Origin: Eledone cirrhosa | Taxonomy: Eukaryota | Assembly: GCA_964016885.1 (NCBI GenBank) | Contig: OZ024740.1 | Span: 80,910,001 to 80,974,000, forward strand | Direction of reading: 5' to 3' | DNA: 64,000 nt | Shown: positions 29,066 to 41,557 of the stretch, in pieces | Numbering within the stretch: the stretch's first letter is position 1 | How the letters are laid out: every line of letters begins with the position of its first letter | The notes under the pieces: generated by a model | What the model was told of the DNA's origin: nothing | Seen by the model: the letters and a program-made list of their open reading frames with translations, nothing else | Databases searched by the model: none | Position numbers and translations under genes: made by a program

Positions 29066-32000
29066 AAAGTAAAAGTACGGGTCGGCGGCGGAACCGCCTA
29101 GCCGGCGGATTGGATTACTTTCCGCCGTCTACACGGGGCCTCCCCGAAGGAAGCTAGTTTTGGGCGTGTTGTTGTCGCGTCGACCAAGCTAGACCACGCC
29201 GCCGTTCGGGCGTCGTCATCGGCTGGATTCCCCTGCAGCCACACGGGTCGGAGGCGGACAACTGGACACGCCTTAACGGCGGAACACACATCGGAGGCGG
29301 AGGGCGGGCGTTAACGTGCAGGCGGGGCGAACGAGTTCTGGACGGCATGTCGTTCGAGGCGGAGACATCCAACATCTCATAGGGTAAGCCGGCACGTACC
29401 CGTCTTGAAAACGGAATATTCACGACTCGGAACGGGTAGTACCCGGAATCGTTTTCTTCGAGCTCGTCCGATCAAGCTTACCCTATATAATAGACAGGAC
29501 CCACTGACCGCGTCGCAAACGCCGTTCGTGTTCCCAGCTGGCGTTTCGCAACCCTACGGGTCGGCGGCGGATCCGCCTCGATGGTGGGTTGCGTACTTTC
29601 TCGCAATCGAAGCGGGAAGGCGTGGACGAATAAAGGAACGTTTGGCGGGTTCGAGGCGGAAGACGGAAGGCGTCGTGTCGCGTCGCGTCACTTCGCCTCG
29701 CCTCGCGTATACACGCCGTCTTGCCGCCTGTCTTTCCCCGGCAGCTACTCGTAAAAGTACGGGTCGGCGGCGGAACCGCCTAGCCGGCGGATTGGTTTTA
29801 TTCCGCCGTCTACACGGGGCCTCCCCGAAGGAAGCTAGTGGGCGGCGTGTTGTCGTCGCGTCGACCAAGCTACATCACGCCGCCGTTCGGGCGTCGTCAT
29901 CGGCTGGATTCCCCTGCAGCCACACGGGTCGGAGGCGGCCATCTGGGCACGCCTTAACGGCGGAACACGCATCGGAGGCGGAGGGCGGGCGTTAACGTGC
30001 AGGCGGGGTGGACGAGTTCTAGACGGCATGTCGTTCGAGGCGGAGACAGCGGACATCGCATAGGGTAAGCCGGCACGTACCCGTCGTGAAAACGGAATAT
30101 TCACAACTCGCAACGGGTAGCACCCGGAATCGTTTTCTTCGAGCTCGTCCGATCAAGCTTACCCTATATAATAGACAGGACTCCCTGGCCGCGTCGCAAA
30201 CGCCGTAGCCGTTCGTATTCCCCGCTGGCGTTTCGCAACCCTACGGGTCGGCGGCGGATCCGCCTCGATGGCGGGTTGCATACTTTCTCGCGATCGAAGC
30301 GGGAAGGCGTGGACGAATAAAGGAACGTTTGCCGGGTTCGAGGCGGAAGACGGAAGGCGTTGTGTCGCGTTGCGTTACTTCGCCTCGCGTCTCGTATACA
30401 CGCCGTCTTGCCGCCTGTCTTTCCCGACAGCTACTCGTAAAAGTACGGGTCGGCGGCGGAACCGCCTAGCCGGCGGATTGGATTACTTTCCGCCGTCTAC
30501 ACGGGGCCTCCCCGAAGGAAGCTAGTTTTGGGCGTGTTGTTGTCGCGTCGACCAAGCTAGACCACGCCGCCATTCGGGCGTCGTCATCGGCTGGATTCCC
30601 CTGCAGCCACACGGGTCGGAGGCGGACAACTGGGCACGCCTTAACGGCGGAACACACATCGGAGGCGGAGGGCGGGCGTTAACGTGCAGGCGGGGCGAAC
30701 GAGTTCTGGACGGCATGTCGTTCGAGGCGGAGACATCCAACATCTCATAGGGTAAGCCGGCACGTACCCGTCTTGAAAACGGAATATTCACGACTCGGAA
30801 CGGGTAGTACCCTGAATCGTTTTCTTCGAGCTCGTCCGATCAAGCTTACCCTATATAATAGACAGGACCCACTGACCGCGTCGCAAACGCCGTTCGTATT
30901 CCCAGCTGGCATTTCGCAACCCTACGGGACGGCGGCGGATCCGCCTCGACGGCGGGTTGCGTACTTTCTCACGATCGAAGCGGGAAGGCGTGGACGAATA
31001 AAGGAACGTTTGCGGGGTTCTAGGTGGAAGACGGAAGGCGTCGTGTCGCGTCGAGTCACTTCGCCTTGCGTCGCGTATACACGCCGTCTTTGCCGCCTGT
31101 CTTTCCCGGCAGCTACTCGTAAAAGTACGGGTCGGCGGCGGATTGGTTTTATTCCGCCGTATACACGGGGCCTCCCCGAAGGAAGCTAGTGGGTGGCGTG
31201 TTGTCGTCGCGTTGACCAAGCTACACCACGCCGCCGTTCGGGCGTCGTCATCGGCTGGATTCCCCTGCAGCCACACGGGTCGGAGGCGGCCATCTGGGCA
31301 CGCCTTAACGGCGGAACACGCATCGGAGGCGGAGGGCGGGCGTTACCGTGCAGGCGGGGCGGACGAATAAGGGAACGTTTGCCGGGTTACAGGCAAAAGA
31401 CGGAAGGCGTCATGTCGCGCCGCGTTACTTCGCCTCGCGTCGTGTATACACGCCGTCTTGCCGCCTGTCTTTCCCAGCAGCTACTCGTAAAAGTACGGGT
31501 CGGCGGCGGAACCGCCTAGCCGGCGGATTGGTTTTATTCCGCCGTCTACACGGGGCCTCCCCGAAGGAAGCTAGTGGGCGGCGTGTTGTCGTCGCGTCGA
31601 CCAAGCTACATCACGCCGCCGTTCGGGCGTCGTCATCGGCTGGATTCCCCTGCAGCCACACGGGTCGGAGGCGGCCATCTGGGCACGCCTTAACGGCGGA
31701 ACACGCATCGGAGGCGGAGGGCGGGCGTTAACGTGCAGGCGGGGTGGACGAGTTCTAGACGGCATGTCGTTCGAGGCGGAGACAGCGGACATCGCATAGG
31801 GTAAGCCGGCACGTACCCGTCGTGAAAACGGAATATTCACAACTCGCAACGGGTAGCACCCGGAATCGTTTTCTTCGAGCTCGTCCGATCAAGCTTACCC
31901 TATATAATAGACAGGACTCCCTGGCCGCGTCGCAAACGCCGTAGCCGTTCGTATTCCCCGCTGGCGTTTCGCAACCCTACGGGTCGGCGGCGGATCCGCC

Positions 32001-33270
32001 TCGATGGCGGGTTGCATACTTTCTCGCGATCGAAGCGGGAAGGCGTGGACGAATAAAGGACCGTTTGCCGGGTTCGAGGCGGAAGACGGAAGGCGTTGTG
32101 TCGCGTTGCGTTACTTCGCCTCGCGTCTCGTATACACGCCGTCTTGCCGCCTGTCTTTCCCGACAGCTACTCGTAAAAGTACGGGTCGGCGGCGGAACCG
32201 CCTAGCCGGCGGATTGGATTACTTTCCGCCGTCTACACGGGGCCTCCCCGAAGGAAGCTAGTTTTGGGCGTGTTGTTGTCGCGTCGACCAAGCTAGACCA
32301 CGCCGCCATTCGGGCGTCGTCATCGGCTGGATTCCCCTGCAGCCACACGGGTCGGAGGCGGACAACTGGGCACGCCTTAACGGCGGAACACACATCGGAG
32401 GCGGAGGGCGGGCGTTAACGTGCAGGCGGGGCGAACGAGTTCTGGACGGCATGTCGTTCGAGGCGGAGACATCCAACATCTCATAGGGTAAGCCGGCACG
32501 TACCCGTCTTGAAAACGGAATATTCACGACTCGGAACGGGTAGTACCCTGAATCGTTTTCTTCGAGCTCGTCCGATCAAGCTTACCCTATATAATAGACA
32601 GGACCCACTGACCGCGTCGCAAACGCCGTTCGTATTCCCAGCTGGCATTTCGCAACCCTACGGGACGGCGGCGGATCCGCCTCGACGGCGGGTTGCGTAC
32701 TTTCTCACGATCGAAGCGGGAAGGCGTGGACGAATAAAGGAACGTTTGCGGGGTTCTAGGTGGAAGACGGAAGGCGTCGTGTCGCGTCGAGTCACTTCGC
32801 CTTGCGTCGCGTATACACGCCGTCTTTGCCGCCTGTCTTTCCCGGCAGCTACTCGTAAAAGTACGGGTCGGCGGCGGATTGGTTTTATTCCGCCGTATAC
32901 ACGGGGCCTCCCCGAAGGAAGCTAGTGGGTGGCGTGTTGTCGTCGCGTTGACCAAGCTACACCACGCCGCCGTTCGGGCGTCGTCATCGGCTGGATTCCC
33001 CTGCAGCCACACGGGTCGGAGGCGGCCATCTGGGCACGCCTTAACGGCGGAACACGCATCGGAGGCGGAGGGCGGGCGTTAACGTGCAGGCGGGGCGGAC
33101 GAATAAGGGAACGTTTGCCGGGTTACAGGCAAAAGACGGAAGGCGTCATGTCGCGCCGCGTTACTTCGCCTCGCGTCGTGTATACACGCCGTCTTGCCGC
33201 CTGTCTTTCCCAGCAGCTACTCGTAAAAGTACGGGTCGGCGGCGGAACAGCCTAGCCGGCGGATTATAAT
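29066..33270 (-). repeat. rDNA intergenic spacer: ~680-bp GC-rich subrepeats with spacer promoters; 1736-bp higher-order repeat
   Basis: Identical ORF texts are offset by 1736 (29835/31571, 30466/32202, 30773/32509). The units share the gene-promoter sequence. Confidence 0.88.
29461..29500 (-). promoter_or_regulatory. Pol I spacer promoter copy (TATATAGGG; others at ~30162, 30849, 31898, 32585)
   Basis: agctcgtccga....ttaccctatataatagacaggac matches the sequence at 45131-45170, upstream of the 5'ETS. Confidence 0.7.
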
Positions 33271-33283
33271 AATTTCCGCCGTC

Positions 33284-33830
33284 TACACGTAAAACATAAC
33301 TTGGAAGACGGACGACGGATGGGCGGCTTGTATCACATACAGACACACACAGAAGCTGCGTATACGTAAAACATAACTTGGAAGACGGACGACGGATGGG
33401 CGGCTTGTATCACATACAGACACACACACACACACAAGCTGCGTACACGTAAAACATAACTTGGAAGACGGACGACGGATGGGCGGATTGTATCACATAC
33501 AGACACACACACAAGCTGCGTACACGTAAAACATAACTTGGAAGACGGTCGACGGATGGGCGGCTTGTATCACATACAGACACACACACAAGCTGCGAAC
33601 ACGTAAAACATAACTTGGAAGACGGTCGACGGATGGGCGGCTTGTATCACATACAGACGCACACACAAGCTGCGAACACGTAAAACATATCTTGTATGAC
33701 GGACGACGGACGACGGATGGGCGGCTTTTATCACATACAGACACACACACAAGCTGTGTACACGTAAAACATAACTTCAAAGACGGACGACGGATCGGCG
33801 GTGACGTGTAACACACAGAGATACGCAAAA
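33284..33830. repeat. ~65-bp IGS subrepeats (about 8 copies) downstream of 28S
   Basis: cacgtaaaacataacttggaagacggacgacggatgggcggcttgtatcacatacagacacacacaagctgcg repeated. Confidence 0.85.
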
Positions 33831-34276
33831 CTAACCAACTCGGAAGGCGGATCGGCGTCACTCAAATGAAGGCTGTGTCGCATTTACCGTGAACTCTCTC
33901 TTTTTTCGATGCTAATCGACTTTGAGGGTCGTTGGCGCAACCTGGCAAACGAGCGAGCGAGTGAAATCGTCGTAAAAGTTGGCGCGCGCAAAGTGGTTGG
34001 TGGGTAGCAGTAGCAGCGGCGGAACTGTTAAAAGAACGAAGCGAACAATCGGCGGCTAAGGCCCGCACGGACGGAGCGGACTTGTTTGTATGTCGTCGTC
34101 GTCGTTGCTACGCTAACCCGTCGAAAGAAAGCCGCGTCAGTGTTCCAACCCGGTAGCTGCTGCTGCTATCTCTCGTTCGTTCGTTCGTTCGTTCGTTCCT
34201 TCCTTCCTAACTTACTTAGCCGCTTTCGAATTTTTCTTTTCTTTTACCTTTCAGCTGCTGCCTGCCGCCTCGATGG

Positions 34277-34825
34277 GCAGATCGTGTCGTTCGTGAGAAG
34301 AGACTCAATAGATCGCAGTGTGGTAGCTGCTCTACTAAGCACGTCACTCCGAACGGCAAGTCGAGTCGTATACAAGCGATCCTTTTCGTCTCGATCTCTT
34401 TCGACAAATCGAACGGACGACGACGACGACGAATCGTCGTAGTCGTCACAGTATGGCAATTCCGCTGACGCTGCCGCCGACGACGACGCGCACCCCGAAA
34501 AGGGAAGCGACTTCGCCGAACGGACGGCAATCGCCAAACTAAGGCATGCGCCTTAAGAAGTTTGAGACGCTTTCGAAAAACAACTCGGGTCCGGCTACGG
34601 TTCCGGCTTAGAGGCGTTCAGCCGTTATCGCTCAGAGGCAGCCTGGCACCACCGCTCTATCGAGCGCGCGCGCAAACTGTTGCTCTGATCCCGCGGTTCC
34701 TCTCGTACTGGACGGGATAGCCGAAGCCGAGTTGAAGTTGCCGGCGGCGACGCCGACCGCAGCCGCCTTCGAGAAGGTGGCTGCAGCCGCCACCGCCGCC
34801 GCCTACACGCAATGCATCGGTAGGA

Positions 34826-34872
<47 letters not shown>

Positions 34873-34914
34873 GTTAGTGGGTGAACAATCCAACGCTTTG
34901 CGAATTCTGCTTCG

Positions 34915-34952
<38 letters not shown>

Positions 34953-35639
34953 GAGTCGCTGCGAACGCTTGGCCGCTACAAGCCAGTTATCCCTTTGGTA
35001 ACTTTTCTGACACCTCTCGGCGGACGCATAGCTCGCCGCTATTCGTAAAGGTTCGATGGGCCACGCTTTCGCGGTCCGTATTCGTACTGAAAATCGAGAT
35101 CGAGCGAGCTTTTGCCCTTTTGCTCAACGTGTGATTTCCGTCCACGCTGAGCTCGCCTTGGGACACCTGCGTTACCCTTTGATAGACGTACCGCCCCAGT
35201 CAAACTCCCCGACCGACACTGTTCTCGACTAAGGGTCGCGCATCGGCTGCATCGGCGCACAACGTGCGCGCGCGCGACATGCACCGCACGCTTCGCACCA
35301 GATAAATGAACCACCGCTCGGCGACGGCCCCGTCCCTTCTCAATGGAGTGAGCGAAGAAACTACGGAAGTGGCGGTTTTTCATCGATGCAAACGCGCACG
35401 GTACCCGACAGACGGCGAACGCCGCCGCAAATCCGCAAGCGACCTGCAAACGACGCTGCAGCCTGCCGAGAGACGCAAGATTGCTGCCGCCTATGCTACA
35501 CCTACCGTGTGCCCTCACAAAACCGGACTAGAGTCAAGCTTAACAGGGTCTTCTTTCCCCGCCGATCCGTCCAAGCCCGTTCCCTTGGCTGTGGTTTCGA
35601 TAGACAGAAGATAGGGACAGTGGGAATCTCGTTGATCCG

Positions 35640-35679
<40 letters not shown>

Positions 35680-35746
35680 ACCATGTCCGCCGAGAGAGTC
35701 ATAGTTACTCTCGCCGTTTACTCGCGCTTGGTTGAATTTCTTCACT

Positions 35747-35780
<34 letters not shown>

Positions 35781-37729
35781 CGTCTATGTGGCTCGGCCGG
35801 CTACGCGATGCTCTGTTTTAATTAGACAGTCGGATTCCCCCGGTCCGTACCAGTTCCGAGTTGACCGTTCGCCGCCGGCCGAACGCCTGCCGCGCGTCTC
35901 GGCAACCGCCCTCCTCCTCGCGAAGAAGAAAGAAAGAAACTACCGACGCGCCAACGAGCCCGAAGCCGTGTCGCTCCACGGTGTCCCGGGCGTGGAGCCG
36001 TGTTGTTCGCGCCCACTACGCACCGAACGTCGCAAAAAGCGACCGAAACGCCGTTCGCTTACGCCATGCTTGCCTCTCGAAGCCCCCCGTTTTTGTTTTC
36101 GACCGACAAAAACGAAGAAAACGAAGAAAAAAAGACGACGACGACGCGCGAGTCGCCGGCACTGCGACGAACAGTAAGGAAAGAAAAAAAACCGAAAGAA
36201 CAAAACAAAAGCGAGCTGAGCAAAAAAACAAACCGCCCTTACGGGCGACAAGCCTCTCCAGCTGCTGCGCATTCATCCCTCCTCCGCGCAACCAACCCGC
36301 AGCCGCCGCCGCCTTCTTCCTCTCTCTCCTCGCCGCCAACCGAAAGAAGGGCAAGGATAAACGAAACGAACGCAACGAAACGGGCGCAAACCGGCCACCC
36401 GACCGACACTCGAACGTCGAGTCCGAAGCCAATGCTACATCCCCGTACCGGTTCACCGATTCGCGTACAGACGTGCCGCGCGACCGATCCCGAGTTTTTG
36501 GAAAAAAACAGCAAGACGGTCGACAGGCCAAGACACACACGACCCGATCGACCCGGTCCTCGGAGCCAATCCTTCTTCCGAAGGTACGGATCCATTTTGC
36601 CGACTTCCCTTACCTACATTGGCGCTATCGACGAGGGGCTGTACACCTTGGAGACCTGCTGCGGATGGTGGCTACAGACCGACTCGAGAGCTGCGAATCG
36701 TTACGGACCCGGATTTTCCAGGGCCGCCGAGAGCGCACCGGACGCCGCCCAAGACGCGGCGGTCTACAGGTACCATATCCGTATCTCCGGACGAGCCGAT
36801 TCCACGGACGCGGTCCTTTACGAAGAAGAGAGAACTCTTCCCGGGGCTCCCGGCAACGTCTCCGGGCTCGCTTGCGTTGCCGCTGCTTCCCCCGACCGCC
36901 GGCTTCGATGACGCGACGACGCGTTAAATTCCACCGACGGACGAGCACTCTCCGAGTTCGGGTTCGGGAATATTAACCCGATTCCCTTTCGATGCAAGGC
37001 CGGCCGTAACAAAAACAGAGAAGAAAAAACACGTTTTTAATTCTCTTTCTCGACAACCGATCCGGCGACTTTCGTACAAGCTTTCGCCCGCTTCGTAGGA
37101 CCGACTGACCCGTGCTCGACCGCCGTTGGCACGGAACCCTTCTCCACTTCGGTCTTCGAAGGTCTCGTTCGAATATTTGCTACTACCACCGAGATCTGCA
37201 CCCGCGGTCGGCTTCACCCGGGCTCGCGCCCGCGGCTTCCATGCACGCCGCGGCGCCCTCCTACTCGACCAGGCATCGAAGAAAGTTACGTCGTGTCACC
37301 TTTTGTCGCCTATCGCCTGGGCGGTCCGGCATCAGTCGCTCGCTCCAGCGCCATCCATTTTCGGGGCCGGTCGATTCGGCAGGTAAGTTGTTACACACTC
37401 CTGAGCGGATTCCGACTTCCGTGGCCACCGTCCTGCTGTCTATATCGACCGACACCCTTTCGGGGATCTAATGGGCGAAGCGTAGGGCACCTTAGCCGGA
37501 CGTTCGGTTCATCCCACATCACCCGTTCTGCTTACCAAAAGTGGCCAACTTGGCACCGTGCATTCGTCGCCGAGACGGCGGCCGCCTCCGATCGGGAGAG
37601 AGAGCGGCCTGTTTCGCCCGTTCCGAGTTCGAGAGTAGATCGAGGCCGTCAACGTCCCCGGGGCCTCCAGTCGTTCGCTTTACGGGACGGAATTGCGTGT
37701 CGTTTTGTCTGCTGCTGGCGCCAGCTATA

Positions 37730-37763
<34 letters not shown>

Positions 37764-39245
37764 CGGCTCGATTGGTCTTTCGCCCCTACACCCGGTTCCG
37801 ACGATCGATTTGCACGTCAGAGGCGCTTCGGACTTCCACCAGAGTTTCCTCTGGCTTCGTCCCGACCGGGCGTGGATCGCCATCTTTCGGGTCCGCGGCT
37901 GCCTGCTACACCTGAGTCGGAGCGCGCCGCGCCGAAGGCCCGAAAGCCGCCACGCGACGCGCACACCCGACTCGGGAACGATGCTTCGAAACGCCTACGA
38001 CGGCGCGGAAAAAAGAAGAAAAAAAACAACAGCGACACGACCCGAAGGCCCTACCGCATGTCGTCAATTCAACCAGCCCCTAACGCCGCCGTCGACGACG
38101 CGTCACGTTCTCGCTTTCACTTCGCCGTCGGAGTTCGTTAAATTCGATTTCTTTCGCTCCAACGACTCGCAACCGACTGGGACTCCTCGGTCCGTGTTTC
38201 ATGACGGGTCCGGTAGGTTGCCGATGCTCGTCGCAGACCTGCAGAAGCGGACGGCTCGCAATCCTCATCCGCCCAGCGACCCGCTCCCTCCTGCTCCGCA
38301 AAGAGAGCAAAAGAGAAAAAGCAAACGGGGCGAGCGAACGAGGCGGCCGCTTTCTCGAAAGCCGATCAGTCATTTTAAGGATATAAAAAACCGACCTAAG
38401 CATTTACGAACGGCGCTGCAGCTGATAAAGGAACACGCGCGTTTGTCCCGTCCCCGCCTGTTAGCCGTGCCTGGGACGACGGAAATCATAAATGAAAACC
38501 GCCGCCGAGCGACTGGCCCGGTCGAGAGAAGCACTGTTTTCGGAAACCCGCTTCGAAAGCGAACCGGTGAAGGTTCGTTTTCTAGGCGGGACGCCGCTCT
38601 GCGACCTGCGGACACCGCGCGCCATTAAGCCTGACGGGAACGGGTCGCGACGACGGATCGAAGGGGAAGTGCGTCCGATGCCGGCACCCCGCGAATCGTA
38701 ACGCCGGCGAGGCGGTCGGCGGTCGACCCGTCGAAACGAGAGACCGCCGCCGACGCGATCGCCGACGCGATCGCCGACGACGACGACGCCTTAAAACAGC
38801 AGCGGACTGAGTCCCCTAGCGATCGCGGTGAACGGTCCTACCCGTTTAACCCCTGGACGGTTTCACGGTCTCTTGAACTCTCTCTCCAATGTTCTTTTCA
38901 ACTTTCCCTCGCGGTACTTGTCAGCTATCGGACTCGTCCCGGTATTTAGCCTTGGATGGAGCTTACCACCCGCTTTGGGCTGCGTTCCCAAGCAACCCGA
39001 CTCTCGGGCCGAAGAAAGAGACACTGTCGATCGCCGCCGGCTCCGAATGGGCCTAGCCGGGCGAAACGAACGACCGTGTACGACCCTTGCGCCACAGCTC
39101 TCGACGACCTGCTTGCGGACGACGAGATTCAGCGTTGGGCTCCTCCCAGTTCACTCGCCGTTACTAAGGGAATCCCGGTTGGTTTCTTTTCCTCCGCTTA
39201 GCGATATGCTTAAGTTCGGCGGGTAGTCGCGTCCGAGTCGAGGGC
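34277..39245 (-). rRNA. 28S rRNA gene (~5.0 kb, large expansion segments, altered R2 site)
   Basis: 5' acccgccgaacttaagcatat, sarcin-ricin loop agtacgagaggaacc near 34694-34709, PTC segments, and 3' gagcagct..ctgcgatctattga. Ends are approximate. Confidence 0.95.
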
Positions 39246-39871
39246 AGCTATTCGCATACGCCGAATACGCTGAATACGAAGAACGACGACGACGGAAAGG
39301 CAGCGATAAAGAAGAGGCTGGCGATAAAGAAGAGGCGCCAAGGCGGAATGTGTAGAAGGACGAGAGAAATGGGGAAAAAGAGGCGGCATCGAAATCGTTT
39401 CTCGTCGGCCGACACGAACGCTTTGTGTTTTTGGCGACTCGCAGAGCGAACGCCGTGCTTTTAGCGACTCGCAGAGCGTTTTTAGCGAAACGCAGAGCGA
39501 ACGCCGGCCGACGAACAACGACCGCGCCTGTGTTACTGCGTTTCTTTTTACCCTTCTCGTCTTCCCTTCTTCTAAATCTTTCTCTTTCCGTGCGACGATC
39601 TCCGAACGACGAGAAATAAAGAAAAATAACGACCAAAAGTGTTAGTTCTTATTTCAATACGGGAGACGGAGCATTCCGCGACCGACGACTCTCGCTTCTT
39701 CTGCGACTCCCGACTTCCCGCTGTTGCCATGACGCAAAAGAGAAGAGAAAAAGAAAAAAGTGCGCTTCGCTAAGGCGGCAGCGGCGCAATGGCGGATGTT
39801 TCTCTCTTTCTCTCTCACTCTCGTGAGCGGGCGGCGTATGGCGAAACAGCAGACAGCGCAATTGTATCGTG
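39246..39871 (-). other. ITS2
   Basis: Lies between 5.8S and 28S. Confidence 0.85.
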
Positions 39872-40033
39872 ACCGCCTCTCGACCGGACGGGGCCCCGGG
39901 ACGATGGAATCCTGGGGCCGCAATGTGCGTTCGAGGTGTCGAGGTTCACTGAGTCCTGCAATTCGCATCAGTTCACGTGGATAGCCGCGCTCTTCATCGA
40001 CGGACGAGCCGAGTGATCCCCCGTCCAGTGTTT
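39872..40033 (-). rRNA. 5.8S rRNA gene
   Basis: ggatcactcggctcg..cgatgaagagcgc..gaattgcagga..gaacgcacattgcggcc. Confidence 0.93.
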
Positions 40034-40560
40034 TGTCATTTTTAAACGAAAACGGATCGAAAAAAAATAAACACGGCAAAAAGAACGCGAAAGCAAAGCA
40101 AACCAACGGTAGACGATGGCGGCGGCGGCGGCAGCGACAGTGACGATACTCACGGGTCGTTTTCACGTTCGCTGCGCGCTGCGGTCTCTGCTGGCTGTCT
40201 GCCTCCGCGGGCGAGGTGGAGGGAAAAAAAAATAAGAAGCGCACGTCGAAAAAAAACGTTCTTTCGGATACGAAATCGAACGATGCGCGATGTTATCGGC
40301 CGAGCGCCGTGCTGGCGCCGGCAAAAGAAAAAAACGGTAGGAGCGGTTAGGCGGCGGTAGACGCGCAGTAAGCGATGTTAGCGGCGATTTCGCAAACGGC
40401 GCTCGCTCCATTTAACGGGTTACGGCGTCCGCTAGGCGGCGGCAGATGACGAACCCGACCGTTGTTGTCGTCATCACCGAAGAACGAAAATAATAAAGGC
40501 GGCTTTCGTTGGCGGCGGCGGCGGCGGCGATAATAAACGATAAACGATATGGATACGCGG
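40034..40560 (-). other. ITS1
   Basis: Lies between the 18S end (ggatcatta) and 5.8S. Confidence 0.85.
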
Positions 40561-40618
<58 letters not shown>

Positions 40619-40761
40619 AGCGATCGGGTTCGGTCATCTTCTCCGGGCCATCAGAGAGCGCACCGACGACGGCAACGAACCGACCTGACGGCCGACTCGA
40701 AACGCCGCCGCGCGGCCTGCGAACTCGTCGGCCAGATCCGAGGACCTCACCGGACCGTTCG

Positions 40762-40801
<40 letters not shown>

Positions 40802-41511
40802 GGTGATCGACGCGGGCTGATGACCCGCGCCTACCGGGAATTCCTCGTTCACGGGGTTGGTTCCAGGCCCCGATCCCTATCACGGGAGGGGTTTCAGAGG
40901 TTTCCCGACCCTCTCGGGCCGGGGGAGTGACGCCCGCTGATACCTCCAGTGTAGCGCACGTGCGGCCCCGGACATCTAAGAGCATCACAGACCTGTTATC
41001 TCTCCGCCTCGTGCGGCTTTCTGCCGCCCGTCTCTCTAAGAAGCGCTGCGTTCGCCAACCAACTGGCCCGGACGCGACGACGTGCCGACGCCGGAGCTGT
41101 TCGCGCCGGTCCCCCCCTCCCGAGCCCGAAAAACCGCCCGCCGCCGCCACCAGCGCTGCCTTCATTCCTCCATTCTGCAAGCGAACTCGCGAAAGAAGAA
41201 GACGACGACGACGCGACGACGACGGCAACGGCAACGGAAGCCCGAGCTCGAAGAAAAAAGGAAAAAACCGAACGCAGGACAGCTTACCGACGACGGCTTC
41301 GGCGCCGCCACGCTACCGGAAAAGCACTAATCGACGCGCTAGTTAGCAGGCCGGAGTCTCGTTCGTTATCGGAATCAACCAGACGGATCGCTCCACCAAC
41401 TAAGAACAGCCATGCACCACCACCCACCGAATTGAGAAAGAGTTATCGATCTGTCAATCCTACCGGTGTCCGGACCGGGTGAGTTTCCCGTGTTGAGTCA
41501 AATTAAGCCGC

Positions 41512-41557
<46 letters not shown>

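Noticed and set aside
29066-34270. 5S rRNA gene linked within the IGS
   Set aside because: No 5S-like sequence was seen on either strand.
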